Below are positions 21,388 through 30,102 of a stretch of DNA of 64,000 bases, one piece after another. How positions within the stretch are numbered: the first letter of the stretch is position 1; each line of letters starts with the position of its first letter. The position numbers and the translations under genes are program-made. The stretch lies in assembly GCA_035492535.1 (NCBI GenBank), contig DATJJM010000362.1, positions 12,241 to 76,240 on the forward strand, in the 5' to 3' direction. The notes under the pieces are model-generated. The model had not been told where the DNA came from and searched no databases. It saw only the letters and a list, made by a program, of their open reading frames with translations. Source of the stretch: Acetobacteraceae bacterium. GTDB lineage: Bacteria; Pseudomonadota; Alphaproteobacteria; Acetobacterales; Acetobacteraceae.

Positions 21388-22005
21388 TCAGACGATCGGC
21401 GCGTTGAGCTCTCGTGCCAGCTTGCGATGCATGGCAGCGGCAAACGCCGGATAGTCGGGACAGATCTCGGCGAAGGCGCCGGGGCCGCCGATCACCTCGT
21501 TGGTGTACGAGGTCAGCAGGTCGGGTTCCTCATGCAGGATGCAGAGGCCGTTGATGGTGATGCTGGCTGCCGCCATGCGGTCGCGGATCGGGCCTGGGGC
21601 GATGCCGTCATTGGAGCGCCCGTCGCCGATGACGTTGACGATCTGGCGGGACGGCGTGTCGGGGATGTGGGCGAGCAGGGTGAGTGACGCGAGCAGCGCC
21701 TCGCCAATGGCGGTCTGGCCCGGCTTCACGACACGCGGCATGTTGTCCACGCCGTCTGCAAAGGTGCGGGCGTCCGCCTCCGAGGCGATCAGGGTCCAAT
21801 TGGTGATAACCTCCTGTGCCCCGGTGCCGGACCACAGCAAGAGTGACAGCAGGCTCGACCTGGCCGGGCCGCCGATCAGGGCGGCGATGATGGGCGGTTC
21901 CCGAAGCGCTGCGGCCATGCCGCCGGCGATCAGGCCGAACTCATCATAGGTGACGCTGGCGGACCCATCGACGGCGAGGACAAGTGCAAGATCGACGGCA
22001 TTCAT
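21388..22005 (-). CDS. DUF1194 (vWA-like) domain protein, apparently lacking a signal peptide
   Basis: 205 aa. VDLALVLAVDGSASV (MIDAS-like DxSxS), VIGDGRSNDG, ITINGLCI and VIGGPGAFAE match my recollection of the DUF1194 family. An in-frame TGA lies 33 nt upstream of the ATG. Confidence 0.7.
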   Translation of the reverse strand: MNAVDLALVLAVDGSASVTYDEFGLIAGGMAAALREPPIIAALIGGPARSSLLSLLLWSGTGAQEVITNWTLIASEADARTFADGVDNMPRVVKPGQTAIGEALLASLTLLAHIPDTPSRQIVNVIGDGRSNDGIAPGPIRDRMAAASITINGLCILHEEPDLLTSYTNEVIGGPGAFAEICPDYPAFAAAMHRKLARELNAPIV

Positions 22006-22127
22006 GGGCGATACGGTCTCGATGCTCCTGGCCGCTCACCATGGGAAGCCTCGCGCAATGCGAGGGCTCTTGAGCGATCGCAGAATGAAGCCGAGTATCC
22101 GCCCTGGAGCCAAGAGGAGACCCAGGG

Positions 22128-23345
22128 ATGCCGGAGAGCCCCGTCGACAAGACCATGCTGGCGCAGGCGCAGACACGGATGCCGCTGAACGGCCTGCGCG
22201 TATTGGATCTGACGCTCGCACGCGCCGGACCGACATGTGTGCGCCACCTCGCCGACTGGGGTGCCGACGTGATCAAGATCGAGCCACCCGCCAGTGATGG
22301 CGAGGATGTTGCCGGCAATCGTCACGGCTTCGACTTCCAGAACCTGCATCGCAACAAGCGTGCGGTGACGCTGAACCTGAAGTCGCCGGAAGGCCACGCC
22401 GCGTTCATGCGCCTGGTGAAGACCGCTGACATCATCGTCGAGAACATGCGGGCCCAAGTGAAGCACCGCCTGAAGGTGGACTACGACACCGTCAAGGAAG
22501 TGAATCCGCGTATCGTCTACGGCAGCATCAGCGGCTTCGGCCAGACGGGCCCGTACGGGCATCGCGCCGGTGTCGATCAGATTGCGCAGGGCATGGGCGG
22601 CCTGATGTCGATCACCGGCCTGCCGGGCCAGGGCCCGGTGCGCGTCGGTATTCCAATCGACGACCTCACTGCCGGCAATCTGCTCGCGCTTGGCATCATG
22701 ATGGCGATCTTTGATCGCGAACGCACGGGCGTCGGCCGCTGGGTCACCACGTCGCTGCTGGAAGCGCAGATCTTCATGCTCGACTTCCAGGCCAGCCGCT
22801 GGCTGATCGCCAAGGAAGTGGCACCGCAGGCCGGCAACGACCATCCCACCGGCATTCCCACCGGCGTGTTCCCGACCAGTGATGGCCACATCAACATCGC
22901 TGCCAGTTCCGGCCGCGTGTTCGCCCGCTTCTGCGACGCTATCGGCAAGCCGGAGTGGAAGGACAAGCCGGAATGGAAGGACCAGAAGGCACGCAGCGGC
23001 CACCGCAAGGAGATCAACGCCGCGATCGGCGAAGTCACGAAGCACAAGCCGTCCGAGTATTGGATCGAGCTGCTCGAGGGGGCCGGCGTGCCTTGCGGGC
23101 CGATCTATTCCATCGATCAGGTATTCGCTGATCCTCAGGTGAAGCACCTGAAAATGGCGACGCCGATGCATTCGCCGGTGATCGGTGACGCCGAGGTCGT
23201 GGCCTCTGCCATCAGCATCACCGGCTTCGACAAGGGCATCCGCATGGCGACGCCGGAGATGAGCTCCAGCACCGACGAGGTGCTGGCTTCGGTCGGTTAT
23301 TCGGCGGACGACATCGCCGCGATGCGCAAGAAGGGAGCGATCTGA
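22128..23345 (+). CDS. Family III CoA-transferase (CaiB/BaiF)
   Basis: 405 aa. LNGLRVLDLTLARAGPTCVRHLADWGADVIKIEPP N-terminus and the GVDQIAQGMGGLMSITG central motif. Confidence 0.85.
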   Translation: MPESPVDKTMLAQAQTRMPLNGLRVLDLTLARAGPTCVRHLADWGADVIKIEPPASDGEDVAGNRHGFDFQNLHRNKRAVTLNLKSPEGHAAFMRLVKTADIIVENMRAQVKHRLKVDYDTVKEVNPRIVYGSISGFGQTGPYGHRAGVDQIAQGMGGLMSITGLPGQGPVRVGIPIDDLTAGNLLALGIMMAIFDRERTGVGRWVTTSLLEAQIFMLDFQASRWLIAKEVAPQAGNDHPTGIPTGVFPTSDGHINIAASSGRVFARFCDAIGKPEWKDKPEWKDQKARSGHRKEINAAIGEVTKHKPSEYWIELLEGAGVPCGPIYSIDQVFADPQVKHLKMATPMHSPVIGDAEVVASAISITGFDKGIRMATPEMSSSTDEVLASVGYSADDIAAMRKKGAI

Positions 23346-23346
23346 G

Positions 23347-24171
23347 ATGAACGACGTCCCGATGGGCGTGGCCACGCGTGACTATGCGGGCGGCAAGATG
23401 CTGTCGGCGAAGGATGATGGCGTTGGGCTGGTGACATTCAACCAGCCCGAGAAGCGCAATGCCATGTCGCTGGAGATGTGGACTGGCCTGGGCGAGATCC
23501 TCGATGAATTCGCCGAGGATGCGTCAGTGCGCGTGGTGATCCTGACCGGGGCCGGCAACAAGGCGTTTGTGTCCGGGGCGGACATCAGCCAGTTCGAGAA
23601 GAACCGCTCGAATGCCGACGCGCAGCAGGAGTATGAGCGTCAGGCTGGCGTGGGGCGCGCGAAATACGCCGCGTTCCCCAAGCCGATCATCGCACGCATC
23701 CGCGGCTTCTGCCTGGGCGGCGGCCTGGCGATCGCGATGCAGGCGGATCTTCGGATCGCTGCCGTGGACAGCCAGTTCGGCATTCCGGCGGCGAAGCTGT
23801 CGATCGCCTACGCTCCTGACTCGGTGAAGCGGCTGATCGATCTGGTAGGCCCGGCGCATGCGCGCATGATCCTGTATACGGCGCAGCGGATCGACGCGGC
23901 GGAGGCGGAACGGATCGGATTGATCAACAAGATGGTCGCCGATGAGGACCTGAACGACCATGTGCTGGATATTGCGCGGACGATCGCCGACAACGCGCCT
24001 CTGTCGGTGGCGGCGAGCAAGCTGACGATCAACGAGATGCTGAAGGACGAGAGCCAGCGCGACATGGCGGCGATGAAACGCATGTCGGAAATCTGCTTCA
24101 ACAGCGCAGACTACAAGGAAGGACGGACGGCGTTCATGGAGAAGCGGGCGCCGAAATGGCTGGGGCGATAG
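23347..24171 (+). CDS. Enoyl-CoA hydratase/isomerase (crotonase) family protein
   Basis: 274 aa. VVILTGAGNKAFVSGADISQF and IARIRGFCLGGGLAIAMQADLRIA oxyanion-hole segments. Lies 1 nt after the CoA-transferase stop. Confidence 0.85.
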   Translation: MNDVPMGVATRDYAGGKMLSAKDDGVGLVTFNQPEKRNAMSLEMWTGLGEILDEFAEDASVRVVILTGAGNKAFVSGADISQFEKNRSNADAQQEYERQAGVGRAKYAAFPKPIIARIRGFCLGGGLAIAMQADLRIAAVDSQFGIPAAKLSIAYAPDSVKRLIDLVGPAHARMILYTAQRIDAAEAERIGLINKMVADEDLNDHVLDIARTIADNAPLSVAASKLTINEMLKDESQRDMAAMKRMSEICFNSADYKEGRTAFMEKRAPKWLGR

Positions 24172-24422
24172 CGAGCCAAGCCATCGTAGATGTCGGCTAG
24201 CCCTGGCTGTCCACCGGTAAGCCCTTTCGCGATGCTGCCGCACTAAGGGGATATCGCGACGGGGTGTGAACTACTTCACATATCCGAACGGTGCGGAGTG
24301 CTTAATGGTCGCCCGTCGTGAGTGGGGACCGTTGCCCGCGGACGGGCTGCGCGCGTATGTTCGACGTGCGGTATGAAATTAACGCATTGCGATGAGCCAG
24401 GTGAACCCGGGGGAGAAGGCGA

Positions 24423-25475
24423 ATGAGACCAGTCGAAATCGCTCTGGTTGATCACACGGAAAAGAGCAAGCATTTCGTCGGGAACAAAATAAAAGCCACC
24501 GTAGCGGCACTCAACATCCAGGCGGCGCAACTGCGCAGATGCTGGACGACGACCCCCCCGGCAATCGTTTTAGAATTGGATGATCTGAGGGACATCGAAA
24601 GCGGTCCACCCGGCGTATGGCCGATTGTCCTGGTCGACGATCTCGGTGGACCTGGCAACGGCTTCCATACCACCGCGCATTATCGGCCGTACGCGAAGGT
24701 CGCAGTGCACGACGATGATTGGACAATAGCTGCCAGCCACGAAATGCTGGAAATGCTGCTCGATCCGAGTGGCAACAGACTCCAGGTCGGGCGCGCGATC
24801 GGGCTCGATGGCGCGAACGCCATCACGGATGGCACGGCACACGTCGAATACATCCTTGAAATCTGCGATCCCTGCGCGGCGCGTGACTGCGCCTACCGTA
24901 TCAACGATACGACCTGGGTGTCCGATTTTGTCACTCCCGACTTCTACGCCCCGAGGGAAGTTCCCGGTACTCACTACACTTTCAGGCACAACATAAAAGC
25001 GCCGCGCCGCATCTTGCGCGGAGGCTACATCACCTGGGTTCAGACTGAGCGCAAGCAGGCATTCATGCATCAGATGACCTGGCTCGGTACCGATACGCCA
25101 GTCCTCTCCGAAAAATCCGCCGTCAATATCACTGCGGATACGCCCAACCTTCGCTCATATTCAGATTCGGTGATGGGCTCGCTCATGCACGAGCACGCAG
25201 GCAAGTGTCGCCGTCCAGGCGCGCGGCAGCCGCTCGAGCCCGGCAAGAGCACGCGCGCAGTCGAGCACAAGCATGACCACTGGGTCACCTTCCACTGCGA
25301 TGGGACCATCGAGAGGACTGTGTGGGAGGACGGAAAGAAAGACCAACCGTTCACCTATATCGAACGCGTCAAAGCGCATGAGCCCGTCTTGCGACGTGCC
25401 GGCACGAACCAAATCGTCAGGAATGCCGGCTCTGCGCCCATCTTCTTCGACAAGGATCCCATTTCGCCCAGATAA
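24423..25475 (+). CDS. Hypothetical protein, no domain recognised (HEMLE motif, Cys/His clusters)
   Basis: 350-aa ORF with a GGAGAAGG ribosome-binding site just upstream. Composition is noticeably more A/T-rich than the neighbours. Contains WTIAASHEMLEMLLDP, CDPCAARDC, MHEHAGKC and EHKHDHWVTFHC. Confidence 0.6.
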   Translation: MRPVEIALVDHTEKSKHFVGNKIKATVAALNIQAAQLRRCWTTTPPAIVLELDDLRDIESGPPGVWPIVLVDDLGGPGNGFHTTAHYRPYAKVAVHDDDWTIAASHEMLEMLLDPSGNRLQVGRAIGLDGANAITDGTAHVEYILEICDPCAARDCAYRINDTTWVSDFVTPDFYAPREVPGTHYTFRHNIKAPRRILRGGYITWVQTERKQAFMHQMTWLGTDTPVLSEKSAVNITADTPNLRSYSDSVMGSLMHEHAGKCRRPGARQPLEPGKSTRAVEHKHDHWVTFHCDGTIERTVWEDGKKDQPFTYIERVKAHEPVLRRAGTNQIVRNAGSAPIFFDKDPISPR

Positions 25476-25488
25476 GCGCCGTGCGGCG

Positions 25489-28464
25489 TCACCCAGCAGC
25501 GCGTGATGCCAATCGAGCGGCAGTTCGCAGCGATGCCGTATCGCCCTGCAACGCGGCGAGTTCCTCGGCTTCCGCACGGCGGCCTGCGGCTTCCGTTGGA
25601 CGTCCAGCCGCCGATAGCGCCTCGGCAAGCAGTGCCAGTCGCAGCGGTTGCTGGAACATGAGTCCCATACCGGCAGCACCTTTTACGGCCAATTCCAGCC
25701 ACTCCAGGCCGGCGTCCACCCGCCCCGACGCCAGCTCAGCGGCGCCGAGCAGGCTTTGTGCAACCGGCCGCATCAAGTCCGCCTCTGCCCGATCGCAAAG
25801 CGCCACGGCTTCCGTGAGCCGCAAGACCGCCTCGGTTGCGGCACCGAGGCTCAGCAGCAGATATCCCTCGGCCAAAGTCGAAAAGATGAAGTTGAACGGG
25901 CGGGAGACCTTCTCGGCACGCGCGTTGCACACCTGCGCTATCGCATTGGCCGCGTCGAATTGTTCGAGATCGGTCAGCGCACGTGTCTGATAGCCAAGTG
26001 CCACGACGGCGAGCCGATCGTCGAGCCCAAACCGGCCGCCGAGTTCCGGGTCCTCGGCGTGTGCAGCGACGTCGGCCATCGATGCCGCCGAATCGGCAAG
26101 TGCGCCTTGGCCAAACTGACCAAGCGCACGCTCGAACACGGCGCGCAGCTTCAATGCCGCATCGTTCTGCGTTTCTGCCAAAGCCTCTGCGCGCCTGGCT
26201 GCCGCTATGGTGGCCACATAATCTCCCGCAAGCCATGCGTGGTGGCTCTGAAAAATGTAGAGCTGTCCAAGCCTGTTGTTATCTTCGAGCCGTTCCGCCA
26301 GCGCCGCAGCCTCATGCAGCCTGGCCTGCAAATGTGTCATCCGTCCCAGCCGGAACAGCGGGTCTCGCAAGGCCAGGCGAAGGTCCATCCCGATGGACAG
26401 TGACGCGTCATCTTCCGGGAGACGGCCAAGCGCTTCCAGAGCCTCTTCAAAGAAGCGAACTGCCTCGCGGTTCGCATGATGCGACGCGGCACGCTCGCCG
26501 GCGGCCCGAGCATGTCGCAGCGCCGCCTCCCAGGCTTCTCCAAGGCGGGCATGCCGTGCCAGGACCGCTGCTTCATCGGCAGCCCGGTCACGTGCAAGGC
26601 GCTCCATCTCGGCCGCGATCCGCGCATGCAGGGCGCGCCGCCGCGGGCGAGTCAACCCACGATAGACCACCTCTTGCAGAAGCGGATGTCGGCATGCGAT
26701 GCGCGCCGAGCCACCTGCACCGTCAATGCGTACGAGTCCTGTGCGTTCGAGTTCGGCAGCCGCCAAGCGTGCCTGGCTGCTGTCGGAACCGGTGTCGATC
26801 ACTGACGAGAGCAACTCGGCCGTTGTCGGTTCGCCCACCGTCACCAGGGCCTCGATGAATTGCTTCTCGTCTGGTCTAAGGGCGTCGACTCTCGCGCTGA
26901 GAATGGACGTCACCGTCGGCGGCACCTGGGCAGGATCGGGAATGGCCGCGGCTTCCTCAATGAAAAAGGGATTTCCGGCGGTACGATCCGCCAGATCAGC
27001 CACGGTCGCATCGCTGATCGCCCGTTGTCCCAGCACGCTGCGTGCGAGTTGCCGCGCCTCGGCCGGTAAAAGAGGAGACAGAGAGACATTGGTCAGCGCG
27101 GGATGCCCAGCCCATGCGAACCGATACCCCGAGCGCCATCCCAACAGCAGCAGCAGGCGTGATCCTTCGAGCGCACCGAGCAGCCGTTCGATCACTTCGT
27201 AGGTCCCGGAATCGGTCCAGTGGACGTCGTCGAGCACCACCAGCAGCGGCTTGTCGAGCGCCGCCTGCAGCAGTGCCGAAAGGCACCCCTCGATGATCCT
27301 GCGGCGTCGTACATTGGGAGCAAGCGCCGCCAGGCCTGACACAGCCACCCTGCCTGGACGATATGGCTGCCCGGCTGGACTGAGCTCGATTCCGGCAGAT
27401 GGGGCACTGATGCCTTGCAACGCTGCAATGGCATCCAACGCTTCCGCCGGCGGCGCGTCCGGCGCCGCTGCCACCATTTCCAGCCTCGCGCGGGTCGCTT
27501 GCGCCTCCTCGGTCGCGTCAAGTCCGATCAGGCGCCGTGTCAGCACGCGCATCGAGTGGAAGCCGCTATCGTCACGCCAACGGCTGCATGTTGCCTCCAG
27601 CACCCGGACGCCGCTGCGCGCCGCGACGAACTCGCGGATCAGCCGCGATTTCCCGACACCGGCGTCGCCTTCAAGCGCTATGGCGCACCCATGTCCTGCC
27701 GCCGCTCGACCAAACGCTGTCTCCAGCAGATGCAACTCGCGTGAGCGGTTAACGAACGGGGACAGTCCCCTCCTTCCGGCGACGTCAAGCCGGGTCAGCG
27801 ACGCGTCGGCTGCCTGAAGCACGTGCACGCCCATAGGCCTATCGAAACCGCGGAATGGTTGCGGTCCGACAATTCTGGTCTCGACCCGACCACGCGCGAG
27901 GGCAAAGGTCGTATCGCTGATCCAGGTGCTGCCTGCCGCAGCAGCCTGCTGGAGGCGCGCGGCGAAATGCACAGCCTCTCCCGCCGCATCCACCGTCTCC
28001 AGATTGCCGACACGCAGCGGGTGGACCACGATTTCGCCGGAGTTGACCCCGACGCGCAACTCTACCCCCAGGCCGGACCGTCCGAGCGCGGTGTGCATCT
28101 CCAATGCTGCACAGCATGCGCCCAAAGCGTGTTCCTCATCGGAGAACGGCGCGCCGAACAGTGCCATCAGCCCGTCCCCGGTGACCCGGTTCACCGTGCC
28201 ACCGTAGCGCTGCACAGCCTCCGAAAGCAGGTTGAGCGCCGGGCGCAAGATGTCGAGCGCGACCTCAGGGTCGCTCCTGCTCACCAGCGACGTCGAACCG
28301 ACGATATCGGCGAACAGAATCGTCGCGTTCTTGCGTTCGTCCTGTTGCAGCACACGTCCCGCTGCCCGATCGAACGCAGGCTGCCTGAAGTCGTCAGGCC
28401 TGTTATCGGCGCCGGGCCCGTCAGATGGCTCAGTCGATTGCACGGAGCTCACCCCGCATTCCAT
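25489..28464 (-). CDS. Class III nucleotidyl cyclase domain fused to a P-loop (AAA_16/STAND-like) NTPase and a TPR-like helical repeat region
   Basis: 991 aa. Cyclase motifs ILFADIVGSTSL, VTGDGLMALFG and RVGVNSGEIVV. Walker A EGDAGVGKSRL and Walker B LLVVLDDVHWTD. The C-terminal ~450 aa is an A/L-rich helical repeat. No C-terminal HTH seen. Confidence 0.85.
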   Translation of the reverse strand: MECGVSSVQSTEPSDGPGADNRPDDFRQPAFDRAAGRVLQQDERKNATILFADIVGSTSLVSRSDPEVALDILRPALNLLSEAVQRYGGTVNRVTGDGLMALFGAPFSDEEHALGACCAALEMHTALGRSGLGVELRVGVNSGEIVVHPLRVGNLETVDAAGEAVHFAARLQQAAAAGSTWISDTTFALARGRVETRIVGPQPFRGFDRPMGVHVLQAADASLTRLDVAGRRGLSPFVNRSRELHLLETAFGRAAAGHGCAIALEGDAGVGKSRLIREFVAARSGVRVLEATCSRWRDDSGFHSMRVLTRRLIGLDATEEAQATRARLEMVAAAPDAPPAEALDAIAALQGISAPSAGIELSPAGQPYRPGRVAVSGLAALAPNVRRRRIIEGCLSALLQAALDKPLLVVLDDVHWTDSGTYEVIERLLGALEGSRLLLLLGWRSGYRFAWAGHPALTNVSLSPLLPAEARQLARSVLGQRAISDATVADLADRTAGNPFFIEEAAAIPDPAQVPPTVTSILSARVDALRPDEKQFIEALVTVGEPTTAELLSSVIDTGSDSSQARLAAAELERTGLVRIDGAGGSARIACRHPLLQEVVYRGLTRPRRRALHARIAAEMERLARDRAADEAAVLARHARLGEAWEAALRHARAAGERAASHHANREAVRFFEEALEALGRLPEDDASLSIGMDLRLALRDPLFRLGRMTHLQARLHEAAALAERLEDNNRLGQLYIFQSHHAWLAGDYVATIAAARRAEALAETQNDAALKLRAVFERALGQFGQGALADSAASMADVAAHAEDPELGGRFGLDDRLAVVALGYQTRALTDLEQFDAANAIAQVCNARAEKVSRPFNFIFSTLAEGYLLLSLGAATEAVLRLTEAVALCDRAEADLMRPVAQSLLGAAELASGRVDAGLEWLELAVKGAAGMGLMFQQPLRLALLAEALSAAGRPTEAAGRRAEAEELAALQGDTASLRTAARLASRAAG

Positions 28465-28675
28465 GACAGTTGTGAACCCGACGCATTTCCTGCGTCACCC
28501 CACCGCAATCTTCCATCACTGTGGGAATTGATCAAGGAATGGGCCAGGGTTGCGCTGATCGACGCGGCTGGCCGCCGCGCAGACTGACGGCCTGTGGCCC
28601 GCAATGTCGTCGAATAGTTGCCGAGATCAGGCGAAAACCGGATCTTCCGGCGCAGAAGCACCTGAAGGACGCACC

Positions 28676-29686
28676 ATGCTCGCGAAGTTTCCACGCTACA
28701 AGCTGACCTTCGGCCCGACGCCGATCGAGCCACTGCCGCGCCTGACCAACCATCTCGGCGGCGCAGTCGAGATTTTCGCGAAACGCGAGGACTGCAATTC
28801 CGGCCTCGCCTTCGGTGGCAACAAGCTGCGCAAGCTGGAATACATCGTGCCAGACGCGATCGCCTCCAATGCGGATACACTCGTTTCGATCGGCGGCGTG
28901 CAATCCAACCACACGCGGATGGTCGCGGCGGTCGCCGCCAGGCTCGGCATGAAGTGCCTGCTGATCCAGGAGAGCTGGGTGCCGCACGAGGACGCCGTTT
29001 ACGATCGCGTCGGCAACATCCTGCTATCGCGCCTTATGGGCGCGGAGACACGGCTGGTCGATGAAGGCTTCGACATCGGCATTCGCGCAAGCTGGACTGC
29101 TGCGCTGGACGAAGTACGCGCGCGGGGCGGCAAGCCATATGCCATTCCAGCTGGTGCGTCCGTACACAAGTTCGGCGGCCTCGGCTATGTCGGCTTCGCC
29201 GAGGAGGTCCGCGCCCAGGAGGCGCAGACGGGCCTGCGCTTCGACTACATCATCGTCTGCACGGTCACCGGATCGACCCATGCCGGCATGGTCGCAGGCT
29301 TCGCGCCGGACGGGCGTACACGGAACGTCATCGGCATCGATGCGTCGGCGACGCCCGCCCAAACGAAGGCGCAGGTGCTCGAGATTGCGCGGAACACGGC
29401 GGAGCTGGTAGGCGTGCGCGCCATCACCGCTGACGACATCGTGCTGTTGGAGGACTATGCGTATCCCTGTTACGGCGTCCCATCGAAAGAGACGCTGGAG
29501 GCCATACGACTCTCTGCGCGTCTGGAAGGCATGATCACCGATCCGGTCTATGAAGGAAAATCCATGCAGGCCCTGGTCGACCTCGTGCGCAAGGGCTTCT
29601 TCCCCGCTGGATCAAAAGTGCTTTATGCCCATCTCGGCGGTGCGCCAGCATTGAATGGCTACAGCTACACGTTTCGTAACGGATAG
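28676..29686 (+). CDS. acdS: 1-aminocyclopropane-1-carboxylate deaminase
   Basis: Start at ATG 28676 ([20 protein letters not shown]). PLP-lysine context [12 protein letters not shown]. Discriminating residues of true AcdS versus D-cysteine desulfhydrase are present: DPVYEGKSM (Glu) and LYAHLGG (Leu). Typical C-terminus YSYTFRNG. Confidence 0.9.
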   Translation: MLAKFPRYKLTFGPTPIEPLPRLTNHLGGAVEIFAKREDCNSGLAFGGNKLRKLEYIVPDAIASNADTLVSIGGVQSNHTRMVAAVAARLGMKCLLIQESWVPHEDAVYDRVGNILLSRLMGAETRLVDEGFDIGIRASWTAALDEVRARGGKPYAIPAGASVHKFGGLGYVGFAEEVRAQEAQTGLRFDYIIVCTVTGSTHAGMVAGFAPDGRTRNVIGIDASATPAQTKAQVLEIARNTAELVGVRAITADDIVLLEDYAYPCYGVPSKETLEAIRLSARLEGMITDPVYEGKSMQALVDLVRKGFFPAGSKVLYAHLGGAPALNGYSYTFRNG

Positions 29687-29818
29687 CCGCGCCGCATAAC
29701 GCCGAATTTAGAGAATTAAATCCGTCTTTAATCGAAGACGCGTCATGCGCACCATACATCGGCCGCGCTGCGAGGGTCCACGCGGACTCTGGCAGTGTCT
29801 ACTGCAAAGGATAAACCG

Positions 29819-30067
29819 ATGAAGACGATGCTTCTGGCCGCTGCTGCCGTGCTCTCCCTCGGCGTGGGCGCGGCCTACGCCGATAGCGAAGGCGGCAGTG
29901 GCGAGGACGGGGGAACGATCCCCAACACATATTTCACGGAGCTTCCCGGTGTTGATGCGCAGCAGGGCGAGCAGCCCAACAATGTCGCAGTCAACGCACC
30001 CACCGCGCCAACGCACTCCGCTGCGGCCGTCGTTGCTCCGCGCTCCGTGTCAGGCAACGGAAGCTGA
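29819..30067 (+). CDS. Small secreted hypothetical protein
   Basis: Start taken at MKTMLLAAAAVLSLGVGAAYA-DSEGG (Sec signal with AYA-D cleavage site). The mature ~60 aa is low-complexity and G/E/P/A-rich. Confidence 0.45.
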   Translation: MKTMLLAAAAVLSLGVGAAYADSEGGSGEDGGTIPNTYFTELPGVDAQQGEQPNNVAVNAPTAPTHSAAAVVAPRSVSGNGS

Positions 30068-30102
30068 GGTTTCCGGACGGGCCGGCCGAGCGCCGGCCCG
30101 AT

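Noticed and set aside
22002-23375. 457-aa minus-strand ORF
   Set aside because: It is exactly antisense to the CoA-transferase gene, which has clear family III motifs. Shadow ORF.
24276-24530. 84-aa minus-strand ORF upstream of and overlapping the orphan gene
   Set aside because: It overlaps the better-supported plus-strand ORF start and its RBS. No motif and poor coding look.
25489-28464. Cyclase gene as part of a Pycsar/CBASS-type anti-phage signalling system
   Set aside because: There is no adjacent effector with a cyclic-nucleotide-binding, TIR or TM domain. The cyclase is fused to a STAND NTPase-TPR, an architecture common in signalling proteins. The only neighbour is convergent rather than co-operonic. 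Kept only as a weak hypothesis in the findings.
29723-29740. Hairpin CGTCTT-taatcg-AAGACG after acdS as an intrinsic terminator
   Set aside because: The stem is only 6 bp and there is no downstream T-tract. Too weak to annotate.
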